Positions 1-13,224 of a DNA stretch of 64,000 nt are shown piece by piece; the stretch's first letter is position 1; every line of letters begins with the position of its first letter. The notes under the pieces are model-generated. The model was not told the DNA's origin and did no database searches. It saw only the letters and a list, made by a program, of their open reading frames with translations. The stretch is from the human T2T-CHM13v2.0 reference genome, Homo sapiens. The DNA lies in NCBI RefSeq assembly GCF_009914755.1, contig NC_060927.1; one strand, given 5' to 3'. The translations under genes were made by a program, and so were the position numbers.

Positions 1-1080
1 TTCATGTCTAAAACACCAAAACAAATGGCAACAAAAGCCAAAATTGACAAATGGGATCTAATTAAACTAAAGAGCTTCTGCACAGCAAAAGAAACTACCA
101 TCAGAGTGAACAGGCAACCTAAAGAATGGGAGAAAATTTTTGCAATCTACTCAACTGACAAAGGGCTAATATCCAGAATCCACAATGAACTCAAACAAAC
201 TTACAAGAAAAAAATCAAACAACCCTATCAACAAGTGGGCGAAGGATATGAACAGACACATCTCAAAAGAAGACATTTATGTAGCCAAAAGACACATGAA
301 AAAATGCTCATCATCACTGGCCATCAGAGAAATGCAAATCAAAACCACAATGAGATAGCATCTCACACCAGTTAGAATGGCGATCATTAAAAAGTCTGGA
401 ATCAACAGGTGCTGGAGAGGATGTGGAGAAATAGGAACACTTTTACACTGTTGCTGGAACTGTAAACTAGTTCAACCATTGTGGAAGTCAGTGTGGCGAT
501 TCCTCAGGGATCTAGAACTAGAAATACCATTTGACCCAGCCATCCCATTACTGGGTATATACCCCAAGGATTATAAATCATGCTGCTATAAAGACACATG
601 CACGTGTATGTTTATTGTGACACTATTCACAATAGCAAAGACTTGGAATCAACCCAAATGTCCAACAATGATAGACTGAATTAAGAAAATGTGGCACATA
701 TACACCATGGAATACTATGCAGCCATGAAAAATGATGAGTTCATGTCCTTTGTAGGGACATGGATGAAGCTGGAAACCATCATTCTCAGCAAACTATCGC
801 AAGGACCAAAAACCAAACACAGCATGTTCTCACTCATAGGTGGGAATTGAACAATGAGAACACATGGACACAGGAAAGGGAACATCACACACCAGGGCCT
901 GTGTGGGGTGGGGGAAGGGGGGAGGGATAGCATTAGGAGATATACCTAATGCTAAATGACGAGTTGGTGGGTGCAGCACACCAACATGGCACATGTATAC
1001 ATATGCAACAAACCTGCACGTTGTGCACATGTACCCTAAAACTTAAAGTATAACAAAAAAATAAAAAATAAAAATAAAAG
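1..1080 (+). mobile_element. LINE-1 3' end (L1PA3/L1PA4-type), continues upstream of the window
   Basis: ORFs 4..375 and 377..679 translate to the L1 ORF2p C-terminus ([20 protein letters not shown]; [14 protein letters not shown]). L1PA 3' UTR with a G-rich tract at ~905-928, ending ...ccctaaaacttaaagtataa plus an A-rich tail to ~1080. Confidence 0.96.
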
Positions 1081-1085
1081 AATTG

Positions 1086-1204
1086 TGTAGAGATGGAGTC
1101 TAGCTGTGTTGGCCAGGCTAATCTTGAACTCCTAGCTTCAAACAATCCTCCCACTTCAACCTCCCAAAGTGCTGAGGTTATAGGCATGAGCCACATGCTT
1201 GGCC
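1086..1204 (-). mobile_element. Alu left monomer (AluJ/FLAM-like)
   Basis: gtagagatggagtc...ctcccaaagtgctgaggttataggcatgagccac...ggcc is the reverse complement of the Alu 5' arm. Confidence 0.88.
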
Positions 1205-1669
1205 AAAAACTACCAATGTATTTCTAAAAGACCTGAAATATGTCTCAAATGTACTCTTAACCCAATCTTCTCATTATCCATTGACTACTGAGGCTTCTAC
1301 TACATTCAGATTTAAATAAAGGAAACAGCACTATAATTGGAAGCCAGTATTAAGCTTTTCCCTTGGCTGTGCAACTACTGGCATCCACTAACGTCACTGA
1401 CCGGGCTGACCACCACTTAGATCATTGCTGGCTTAGCATTCTGAGCTGACCACATGTTCAAAGCTAGCCAAAGCCAGTGCTGCTCATGCCACTGCTTCAA
1501 GGGCTGAAGGTGAGGAGAACTCATAGTGAGGACTACTCATGAGGTTACCCTGTGTAAGCCATTACCTGCTGCACATATGTGTAGGGCTAGTGGGTGGCCA
1601 CATATTACCATTATTGATGAGCAGTTAAACAATGAGGGGCAAATGAGTAGAATATAAAGAATTAAAAAC

Positions 1670-2500
1670 ATATTTATTCATTTATTCCTTCTTTCATGCA
1701 CTCAACATATATTTTAGTGTCTTCTGGCTGTGACAAGAAGTAATTCATTAATGTCCTCAAAGTGTTAGTATCTATAGAGCAGTTTTGGCATCCATTCATC
1801 ATTCACCCCCATCTATACTGAGCACCTTCTATGTCACAGACAATGCGTCTCTGGGTGTGAACAAGACAGACAGTCCTCACCTATTGCAAAAGAAGAGTGA
1901 GGAAATAGATAATGAAACAGTTGGAATATAGGATGACAGTTTCAGTGTAGGGGAAGTAGAGGGTGCTAGAAGAGCAAAAAGATAATGAACCAATCCAGAT
2001 TTAAAAACCAAGGAAGGCTCTTGGAGCAAGTAGTCTGTGAAGTCTCAGAAGCAAAGGAAAACATCATATATTCAGGGAATGAAAAGTTCAGGATGGCCAG
2101 AACGTATAATGTGAAATAGGAGGACAGGGAACATGTGAAGCTGAAGATTGGGGAATAGACCATGGAAAGTCATGTTGAGGATTTTGCAATCTATTCTCAG
2201 AGGGAAAAGAAGGCTACTTATGGCTTTAACCAGAAGTGTAAATCTATCAAATTTTCAGAGTGGTTACTCTGGAAACATTGTGGGAAATGAATTAGAAGTC
2301 AGCAAATAAGAATCAGGAAGCCCTACTAAGAAGCTATTAAAATAACTCAAGCAAGAAATTATGGTTTCCTGGACTAGTGTGTGGTAGCAGCAATGATGAG
2401 GGGAAAAGAAGGTGGGACAGATCTGAGAGACAGTGGGGGGTGGGGAAATAGAACTGATAGCCCATGATGATTGGCTGGCAGGGTTAAGGAAGTGGGAAGT
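1670..2500 (-). mobile_element. LINE-2 fragments (degenerate)
   Basis: ttattcatttattc and cattcatcattca...tactgagcaccttctatgtc resemble reversed L2 3' ends, followed by purine-rich L2-like body sequence. Confidence 0.55.
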
Positions 2501-2519
2501 CATCATTCTCAACCGATGA

Positions 2520-3090
2520 CTCAGGTCACATCCACTCCTCAGCTAAAAATCCTTTGGTGTTTCCCATCTCACTCAAAATGAAAGCCAAAGTCTTTACAGT
2601 GGGCTATAGGGACTGACGAAGCCTACACCAAACCCATCACCCCACTTACCCCTACCCCATTGCCTCCTGCAAGCTCACTCCATCTCACTCACACCAATCT
2701 CCTGGTGGTACCCAAGCATTTCTGGCACTATCTTGCTTCAGAGCCTTGCCCTTGCTATTTATTCCATCCAGATAACAATATGGTTCATACTCTTGCCTTC
2801 TTCAAGTCTTTGTTTAAATATCACCTTTTCACTGAGGCCTCTTCTGATCATACCACTAAAAATTTCAACCTCCATGACAGTACTCCAAATTTTCTTTTTA
2901 ATGCCTATCACTCTTTGAATTATGATGTACAGTTTATTTATTTTGGTTATTAACTATCTCCCACTACTTGGATATAAGCTCCTCGAATTGAGGCAGAGTT
3001 GGATCTTGCTTTGTTCACTGTTGTATCTCCAGTTCTCAGCACAGTGGTTAGGATGTCGTAAGCATTCAATGTCTATTAAATGAATTAATG
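2520..3090 (+). mobile_element. LINE-2 (L2a-like) 3' fragment
   Basis: Typical L2 motifs (cactcctcagctaaaaatcctt; ttgttcactgttgtatctccagttctcagcacagtg), ending ...aaatgaattaatg. Confidence 0.7.
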
Positions 3091-3246
3091 GGCCATCCCC
3101 ATGTCTGTAGCCTGACCAACTAGTCAGATGGTGGTTCCAATCACTGAGATAGGAAAGATGAGTGGTAGGTAAGTTTCAAGTTCAGTTTAGGATCATTTGG
3201 GGAGTCCCCTTGCCAGTACCAAAACTAATATTATCAGCACGACACT

Positions 3247-3724
3247 GGTATTAGTCTTTTTGCATGCTGCTGATAAAGACATACTTGAGAGTGGGCAATT
3301 TACAAACAATAGAGGTTTAATTGGACTTACAGTTCCACATGGCTGAGGAGGCCTCACCATCATGGCAGAAGGCAAGGAGGAGGAAGTCACATTTTACATG
3401 GATAGCGGCAGGCAAAGAGAGAGCTTGCGCAGGCAAACTCCCATTTTTAAAACCATCAGATCTTGTGAGACTCATTCACTATCACAAAAACAGCATAGGA
3501 AAGACCACCCCCATAATTCAATCACCTCCCACTGGGTTTCTCCCATGACACGTGGGAATTGTGGGAGTTACAATTGGAGGCGAGATTTGGGTGGGGACAC
3601 AGCCAAACCATGTCATTCTGCCTCTGACCCCTCCCAAATCTCATATTTTCATATTTCAAAACCGATCATGCCTTCCCAACAGTCTCCCAAAGTCTCAGCT
3701 CATTTCGGCATTAACCCAAAAGTC
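3247..3724 (-). mobile_element. THE1 (THE1A/C-like) MaLR 3' LTR (3247-3615) plus ~110 bp of internal sequence
   Basis: The reverse complement starts tgacatggtttggctgtgtcccc and ends ...actaatacc. 3616-3724 resembles the THE1-int 3' end seen in reverse orientation at ~28260-28366. Confidence 0.9.
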
Positions 3725-3799
3725 ACTAAAAGAAAATTTCTCAGGATTGAGAAGTGTGAGTCTCTTGACTGAAATGGCTCATTCAGTGCTCTGCTCATG

Positions 3800-4640
3800 A
3801 GATAAGGCTCACAGCAAGGCACATTAGTGTGAAAGTTCAGAACACCTACTAAAACAGAAGATCCTAAAAGTTTGATGGGAAAGTCAAAAAGTCACATAAA
3901 AAGGAAAAAGAAAGTGAAAATGGCATCTGAATTCTCACTAGCAACACAGCAAGTCAGAAAACAACAGAGCAAAGCCTTCAAAAATTGAAGTGAAAATAAA
4001 TTTTAGTCTAAAATACTAAACTGAGCTAATCAAGAATGTAGAATTTTTCAGGCATGCAATGATTCACAATATTTATCCCACTTGTGTGTCTCCTTTCCTA
4101 TGATGCAAGCAGAGTGTGTGCTTCAACAAAGTTAAAGGGTAAATCAAGGACTAGGGAGACATGGCACTAGGAAACAGTGGATCCAACACAGGAAAAGTGA
4201 CAGTGGAAGTTCTGGGATGACAATTGCTCAGCACACCCAGAAAACTACCTGTCAGATTGTTGGGGCAGGAGGATGGATTGAGGTCTCTAGGCAAAAAAAA
4301 AAAAAATGAAATACTTGATCATCCCATGTTAGATTATCTGGAAAATATTATCAATAAGCAGTTGAAAGGTCTATCACATAGGTCATAGGTAATAAAAACT
4401 AAGCAAATTTTTAAAAAATCAATTATTAACTTTAGGAGAAAACAAAAAGTTATGTAAAAGAGGAAACATCATACACATAGTAGAGTGTATAGCTCAGCAA
4501 CAAACAATATTTATCTTAGCATACAAACGTGAATGTTCACTTTCATTTAAATTAAAATTTGCAAAAAGAGAATAGCTGACAGATTATATTGTATATGAAA
4601 AATTTGAGAAATAAACCACGTTAAATAAAGGAAAATTTAA
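3800..4640 (+). mobile_element. Ancient L1M fragment (ORF1/inter-ORF-like)
   Basis: A-rich sequence with the L1M motif aatggcatctgaattctcactagcaacac...agaaaacaacagagcaaagccttcaaaa. Confidence 0.5.
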
Positions 4641-5087
4641 AAAGTAATTGGAATTAATTTTACATCATTTGGTGGTTCTGTATTTAAATATTCAATTTTA
4701 GTGTTTATTTGATAATTTCCTCTGTGTCTCTGTGAAAATCCTGTTAAGTAGATACTGGAAGTCATGTATTCATAATTCAAAGTTGTTATCTAGTCTTTCT
4801 TTCCCACCTGTTTTTTTCTTTATACTACTTTCTGCAACTTTATCTTCATACTCTTTATTAAATTTTGATTTTAAATTTCATTTAGTTAATTTAATACTCT
4901 TCATTGAATATTTTATATACTAATATTTCATTTTCAGGAGCTCTTTCTTCTTCTCTTTCACAGCATTCTTGTATATTTTTGAGATCATTAATTATAGTTC
5001 CTTGGATGTTCTCTACTGTTCTGTGTATTGTTTCTATTTCAGATAACTATTTTTTCATAATTTGGTTTCTCTTTTTCATTTGGAAAT

Positions 5088-5272
5088 GTCAGCAAATCTC
5101 AAACATTAGCCTGCTTCACAATCCCCCAAAAGGCTTATCAAAACACAGATTACAGAGTTGCATCCCCAGAGTTTCTGATTCAGTAGGTTGGGGTTGGCCA
5201 GACAATTTGCATTTCTCACAAGTTCCCAGGGGATGTACTGCTGCTTGTCCAGAGACTAAACTCTGAGGACTG
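5088..5272. mobile_element. MER5A hAT-Charlie DNA transposon fossil
   Basis: ccccagagtttctgattcagtaggt...tttgcatttctcacaagttcccagggga is the MER5A core. Confidence 0.8.
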
Positions 5273-8200
5273 TTTGAGGCACTATGGAGTTGTATACCTT
5301 GACAAGTAAAGGTGACTCATGCATGTAAAGACTAAAGACCTGCTTTGGGTTCTCTGCCCAGGCCCTTCCTCAGAAGAACCCCTAGATTATGGTTTTAGCC
5401 AGAATTTAGGGTTTTGTGGATTGGGCTTAGGATGGACTCAGTTTGGATGGTAGCAATTTAAAAATTTTAAACATGTTGCACATCTTGGTAGAAAATTGCT
5501 GTGCAAATAAAACATATAATGTATACAATAGTATAACATTCTTATAATTCCAAAAGCTGTGCTTGCAAAATAGGTAGTTTTCATAGAAAAGAGCAGAGAA
5601 TAAATTACAAAGATGTTTCCAGTAAAAGCTTAGGATGTAGGATGTCACTGTGACTTTAGCTACGGTAATATAAAAGAATGAGAAAATTGCATAATACATC
5701 CTGATTATCTTTATTAGCTATTGAAATCTTCCTGCTGATGAGTGGAAATTTGAGAATTGAGTTGCAGCCTCCCAAGTGACAATGACACTGAACAACCTGT
5801 AAATTATGTATTTTCAGCAGTAAAAGGGCAATAAGTATATTCTTTAAGAGTGTCCATCTCATAAAAGATATTATCATTTATGGTTTTCCTTTTCATTGGT
5901 TCTAATTGTCTTGCAAATCTTAGTCTGCAATGGTTAAAAATAAGACAAACAGCTCTGTCTAGTGGTAAATTTGATCACTGCAACCGAAGTCAAGAACAGT
6001 TCTCAAATCAAATTCTTTTTAAAAATCTGTCTAAAACTTGGCAAGCAAACATGACAGGAGGTAGCTGTTTTAATCCTTGCTCAGGAGACACAATGGATAA
6101 ACACTTAAAGCCATCAGTCATGTCATCTCCATTTGGGACTTGTCTCAGCAGCTAAGAGAGACAGGTGTAAAACCCAGCTCAGTAATTTAATTTAAAGGGA
6201 AATACTTTGTGAAATTATGCTTTTCAGATAACTTTGTAAAACATAGGTGCAAATCTTAGCCTGTTCTTATCTTTACCCTCCTGTATTTTTTCCCTTTCCT
6301 CTCTCCTGCCTTTCAGAGAAATCTGGAATTAAACTATAAGTCAGAATCTGCCATTTTTCATATAGCGGAGATAAACCACTGCATGGCAGCTGGGGTTCCC
6401 TGCCTTTGACAATTGTGTCCACAAAGCATTCCAGTATGTGAATAAAACACTATGTGGAGAAAATGAAGAACAGCAGCTATTACCTCCCAATTCCACCGTG
6501 AAGCACTCATAAAACGGCAGTCTTTTTCTTGTGAGCACTGGTACATCAGGACAAAGTCTTACCTTTTTCCATGCCTTTCCACTTTTATAAAATAATGTGA
6601 AGCATCTTATAATAAATTTTAAAAAGGACAAATAAAATCAAGTTTAAAAAAAACAGGAGATGAGGACTCCAACTGGTGTAAAATTGGGTCCTGTGGTATT
6701 TCCAGATATATGGAATAGAGAGGATATTTGCTGAAGTGAATTAAAACTGATTGGACAGGGAGAATAAAAATTTAGTTGCTTTTTTATACATTATAAGATA
6801 ATAAGCCTATGGTTATGCTCCAAAGTAAAATGATCAAAGGGTCAAAATATTACATGTGTTTGATATTATAGTCAAGAAGGTAATTAATATTGAAGATGTC
6901 AATTAAAAATTAACATATATTCAAGAAACATTTTGGTGTTAAATTACTTAGTTTCTGAAAATAAGTGCAACAACATGCTTGTTAGTTAAAAACAAAAGTA
7001 CCAAAAAATATAAAGAAGGTTAAAAAAATCCCATAATGCAAGATCTATATGTAGATAAGCACTGCTAACACTGAGTGTATATCATTTAAGATTGTATTCC
7101 CATGGAAAAAGAAGCTATGTTCATTCTTAGGACAGCAATTATTCTTTTTTATACATTAACATTATGCATATGGGTGAAGACTCATGGTGAACATAGAAAA
7201 TAACCTGATTCAATAGGAAATGCAGATAAGCTTTTTAAAACACAATTTAAAACAGATTATTCATTAAATGTTTCAAAAGGATGAATTTGTGTAGACAATC
7301 CACGTTGTGAGATCAAAAAGGTAAATTTAGAGACCTGAAAGATGTGAATGATACCAATGCTGTCAATTTCATGGTTATAATGAGGCAGGAAGGGAAATAG
7401 ATGTGTTCTCTCAAACTTTCCCTCAATGGCAACATTCTCCCTAAGTTTTTAAGTTATGTAATGATCACAATATAATATAAGCAACAAACTAAGAAGTCTA
7501 AGAATCCTGAGCATGATTTAGTGCTATAATCAAATAAAACCCACCACAAGACTAATGTGACACATATTTAATGATATGCATAATCACTGTAATATTACAC
7601 GGCAATTTAGTATAAATGGCAAATGATTACTTAAATGACTGAAATTAGCATTACTTTCACACAGCCAAATTAAGCATTTCTAGGGTCAGCTGAGGAGAGA
7701 GATAACAAGACAGACTAAAAAGCAGCCACAAGACCCCGCCAAAGAAAACCAGGCAGCTGGGTTCCCCTGGTGCTTGGGCGACAGCACAGTGCTGAGAAGG
7801 GGAAAGGGAAAAAAATATGGTAAGACTCCCACGAAGGCGCCAGGAGGGTACAGTTTGTGCCTCCCAATTACTTTCTTTTGTTTTGTTCCATCTGGGAGTT
7901 TCTAGAATTCAAGACAATTTGATCTTCCCTACCAGATAAGTGGTAGGACCCTACTACCACTAGACTCCTGGAGTTAAAGACAAGGAAGTCTTTGAAGTCA
8001 CACAGAGAGGTTTGTCTGGTTTCAATCTCTGCCCACTACTGACCTCCACTCTCTAGGTTAGCCTCAACAAGAACAGATTTGACTACATACGTGACTTAAG
8101 GGAAACTCTTGCACTTACTGCTACTGTCACCTCCATCACCATCACCATGTAGAACCACTGTACAAGGTCTGAAATATCAGCCATTTCTTCCAGTTAATAA

Positions 8201-8444
8201 ATAAGCAGACCTGCAATGCTTAGCAGATGGATGTTCATATCTGAACAGAGAAAGAGCACTGGGTGTTTTTTTATTTCTGGGAAGAGGGGTTACACGAGGA
8301 GAGAATAAAGATAGTACAAAAATTAAAGAAAGAAAAGACAAATTTTCACCTTTCTCAAAAATTTACCCAGACCTAACCCTGCCTATTAATTCATCAGAAA
8401 ATGAAAAGAACATAGTATTTGAAGACTTTGAAAAGTTCCTATAG

Positions 8445-8590
8445 TGTTTGTACCATAGCTGTGTGAGCTTAGATAAGTTACTTAACCTCTCTGAGCCTTC
8501 GTTTCTTTATCTAAAAAAGTAAGTAAATGATAGGAGTATACCTACTTAGTTCACAGAAATGTAAACTGATTAATATACATCATGCTTCTT
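8445..8590 (+). mobile_element. MIR SINE fragment
   Basis: Core motif tagctgtgtgagcttagataagttacttaacctctctgagccttcgtttctttatctaaaa. Confidence 0.8.
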
Positions 8591-9061
8591 ACACGCTTCC
8601 ACCAAAGATACCCACAGTGATTGAGAGTGCATCCATGCCTATGCAGATTCTGGGAGCAGGGCCAGTCATAAGAAATCCAACTCATGCAAAATTTATTTGT
8701 AGTTTTATACTTTAACTTCAATATTAACACACACATTATATTCTACTCTGTATGCATGTGATTTAAAGAAAAATAAATATTTCAGAATTTTTACCATCAA
8801 GTAAAATTGATGCTATATGTTTACCTTCTGGTTTAGTGCAACTCTGGCCCACTCTCTAGTTTAAGAAGCCCAAATTTATGTAAAAGCACAAATGGAGTGT
8901 ATTCTAGTGCACAACAGATGCTAGTAAGTATTCGTTTTCTCTTTCATTTCTCTCATGTTGTTTCAGAAGCCAAAAGCAGATTTCATGTCACCTACAGCTT
9001 TCTCTCTCCCTCTTCCTGCCTGAAAAGCACATAGGAGAGTAGAAAATAAACTAGCTGCTGG

Positions 9062-9283
9062 GAAGTCCTCAATCAGGGACAATTTTGATTCCCCAGGGCA
9101 TAGTTGGCAATGCTAAGACATTTTTCATTGTCACAACTAGGGAAGTGTGGCACAGGATACTGGTATCTACTGGATAGAGGCCAGGGGCGCTGCTAAATAT
9201 TCCTATAATGCACAGACTAGGCTCTCACAACAAAGAATTATCCAGCCTGAAATGTGTATCGTGCTGAAATTATGAAACCTTGA
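9062..9283. mobile_element. MER20 hAT-Charlie DNA transposon
   Basis: ttggcaatg...agacatttttcattgtcacaactagg...tagaggccaggggcgctgctaaa...cacaacaaagaattatccagcc matches MER20. Confidence 0.85.
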
Positions 9284-10856
9284 GCTATAAGTAACTGGCC
9301 CCAATGCGACCCTCCACAGCAGAGACCCAAGCTAAGTGATCTATGCAGGAGTACTTTATTCTTTGCCAGGCTGTAGGCACTCCCACGCTTCATGGACCTA
9401 AATTTAAACTTGAGCTAGTTGAAAACTAGTTCAAAGTCTTTACTAGATTCTGATTTTGTTCAGAAATGAAAAGCTTACTTTTCCAAGGAATTTAAAATAG
9501 AATTCTGCCAAACAGTCAGTGGTATTAGTTTCTTTATACTATATTCCATATTCCCCTGCAGAGTACTAAAAAAAACCCTATAAACTAATTCATTTACATT
9601 CTAAGGACTAATTGTGACTTGTATTCTAACCTTATGCTTTCTGCAAAAAGTGTGAAAGATCAAAATACTCCATTTGATGCCAATGCTTGATCCAAGAAGA
9701 TACACACACACCTGTAGATTCTTCAGGGGATTTAAATAATGCTCTTCACCCTCAGCCAGGAAGTGGGATGTGTCATTTCACAATGTGGTTGCTGAAGAAT
9801 AAACTCCTAAATGAATCTGCCCTTCTCACTCTCCTCTTTCCTCAACCTGGCATTCATGGCCTGCTTGTTGACATATATATCATGCCAAATGGTGCTCAGA
9901 AGTCACAGCACCAGTGGGGACTGAGCTGAGAAGTGTTTCAGAAATAAGAATATCCTTGAGGGGAAAGATGTGAAAATTAATAGGAGTGAGACAAGTTGTA
10001 ATGGAAATTTAGCAAATAGATATTTACCTGTGAACATGACAAAATGTGTGTTAAATCATATTAATTATATTTTTATATACCAAAGAGCACTGCCACCCAG
10101 ACTCCATATGTGCCACAGTACAGACAATTTTTTTTAAAGCCTGGTCGACTTTTCCATATTTGGTTTCTTCTCATCTCTGGGCACAAGAAACACTGAACTT
10201 AATGGTCAGTACATGGAAACTAAGAAGGAAAACTCTTGGAACCCGATATAAGCCAAAAATGGCCAGAAAACTTGAGAGTCAACCAATGAAGTACTCGTGC
10301 TTTCCAAAGAGCTTTGGTCTGCTAGAAACTCTCAGTGACAAGAATGCCTAGTTTCATTTGACAGGGTTCAGAGTCAAGCACTACCCTTAGACCTGGACAG
10401 GAGGCTGTCCTGCCCTAATCCCATGCTCTTGAGTGATCCCCACTCTAAGGGATGAGGAGCCAACAGGACCAGAACTGCCCAGCTGCCCAAAGGCCATGCT
10501 CTGGAGGCTCAGGACCTGTAATTCCTGCTCAAACAGCCCCAAACTTCCTCTAAGAGCCACATAAGCCTTTCCCAGGTTTGTTCTTTCTTTCCAACAGAGC
10601 ACCTGGGCTTGAGGAGTGAGCAAAAGGCATTTGCACATGGTGTTTTTAAAAAGGTAAGGGGAATGCAGCTTGGGAATACACGCTAGGTAGGGTACCCACA
10701 CTTAGTAAGCCAGGCCCTCATGGTGCAGAACAGAGCAAGGGACGGAAGAGAAGGGCTGAAGGCAAGTTGAGAAGAATAGAGGTCAAGTCCCCAGGACAAT
10801 GAACATTCAACTCTTTGAATACTGCCACAATCTGGCTAACTTCAAAAAGTTTAAGA

Positions 10857-11178
<322 letters not shown>

Positions 11179-11289
11179 TTATGTCTTTAAGAAAAAAAAA
11201 AAAAAAAAAAGCAACCATTTTTTCCTGTGCTGCTTAGCACAGAGTTTTACTGTTGTTTATGATCCTAGCCAATTTAATAAATAAAATGA

Positions 11290-11830
11290 AATCCCAGTGA
11301 AATTTTAATTGCATTTCTGAGGCTCATGAATTCTTCTAGGCTTATTGGACATTTATAGTTCTTCTGTGAATTGCTTTTTCATTTCCTTTTTATATTTTCC
11401 GTAAAAAGCATATTTGTGTTTTTATTGATTTCACAAGTCTCTTAGAAATGATACTTTGTTATAATATGTAGTAAATAGATTTTTTCTCATGTCCTAATAT
11501 AATTTTAAATCTTTTACAATTATAAGTTGTTATTAGTTTGTTTGCTCTATTGGTCTTTTATGCTTTCAAGCTTTGATGCCATGCTTAGAGAAACCTTTTC
11601 CACTCACAAATTATATAAATACAATATATATCTTACATTTATTTTAAGTATTTGTATGAGTTTACTTTTCTACATTTAAATCTTTAAATCTTTTCCATTT
11701 GGAAAATATTTTGGGGTAAGTTGTTAAAAATGCATTAATTATTTTTACAGCTATACTTGACAAACGTTATATACTATTTGTTCAATAATGCAGACTTTTT
11801 TACTGTTATGAAATAAATTTATCATATATA
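11290..11830 (-). mobile_element. Ancient L1M (L1ME-like) fragment
   Basis: T-rich sequence with antisense L1 ORF2 motifs (tttaattgcatttctga; tttctacatttaaatcttt). Confidence 0.5.
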
Positions 11831-12638
11831 AAAAAAAAAAAAAAGAAGGTGTTTTGTCAAGATGGGTAAATAGAACATTTTATTTAACAGTCTGGTAGCT
11901 TAATTTATAACTTTTAAATATTTAACCATGAGAAATGTGGGCTTCCATTTGTTCTCTTATTCCATTTCTGAAAATAAAACAATGTGAGAGTTGTTCCTCA
12001 TCAAAGTCCTGCCTCCCATAATAGCTTTTGCCATATCTGGTTCACTGGAGGTGGTTTTGCTCTTAACTTCACTGTATCTTAACTATGTTTCCCCTGCCTC
12101 TTAGAGTTTGGATGGCACCATGTATTCCAATTTGTTGGGCATTTTTTATCCACAATCTGCTCTCTGACAATCTGCTAATTAGACCTTTGTTTCTAGGTAG
12201 CTTCTTGAACTGGATTTAACCTTGCATTTTTGACCCTTTCCTTACCCTTCTCACCCTCCTCTGTCCCAGGCAGGCACCCACATTCATGCTTTATTGTCCC
12301 TCCCCTATAACTCCTTTTATAAAGTCTGATTCATTTCAGGCCCTTTGTGTGTTCCTTCCTGGCTTCATCTATCGTGACTGCCTGCCAATTTCTCACAATC
12401 TCTGCTCCTCCGCTCAGCATAATTTCTGGCTGCTTCTCAGTTCTCATTCTTTAGCAATTTCAATTGCTTACACCCAATGAGCATTTGCCTTCTTCCTTTG
12501 CTTCTTGTATCTTTATGGGAGATAGGAAATTGTTTATTCCCAATTTTGGTATTCTTCCTCTCAATGCCTCCCAGACATTGAGTCTCCACCCCACTGGGGG
12601 GTAAGAATAACAATAATAATAATTTTAAAAATTGCTTT

Positions 12639-13224
12639 TGTAAGAATGGAAAGGGAGCGATCCCATTCCTCCCCATCATAAAGGTCACGGCTGGCACTAC
12701 TCTAACAAAGACAAGTTCAGAAGAGAAAAGCGTGACAGACTTATTTGATCAGAGTTTTATGTAACACAGGATTTATGCTTAGGTTGAATGGAGTATGGAC
12801 AGCCATGTAAAAATATGATAGGACAAAACAGGTATAATCTAATGCCAAGAGACTTCAGTGTGGAAACTCAGCAAGACCTGTCCAAAATTTCTTTTGGACT
12901 CTCTGCAGCATTTTTTCCTCTCGGATATGGGGTAGGACCCCTCTGAAATGGGGTCTTAATTTCTTTATGACCAGCTGTTATACAGAAAGGCAGTTTGCTG
13001 GGAGCTGAGAGTAATATTTTTAGGTTTTATTGCTGGCTTTGGGGAAAAAATGGCTCTGGTTTCTCTGACCTGCCCAGGGGAACAGAGATTCTCATTTCTA
13101 TGCCTTGCCTCAGGGGAGAATGAGGGGGAAGAGACAAGAAGACAGGAGAAGGTCAGACAGAGACTTTGCTTCTAAGGCTGTTCCTTGGGCCTTTTGTTGG
13201 GGTGTTGTTTTCTGAGCCCCAGCA
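12639..13224 (-). mobile_element. ERV1 solo LTR (MER31/MER67-like)
   Basis: TG...CA termini; the reverse complement starts tgctggggctcagaaaacaacacccc. Candidate 4-bp TSD cttt/cttc. Confidence 0.7.

Noticed and set aside
900-930. G-quadruplex-forming tract (also ~18555-18576 and ~35627-35648)
   Set aside because: This is a standard feature of L1PA 3' UTRs and not locus-specific.
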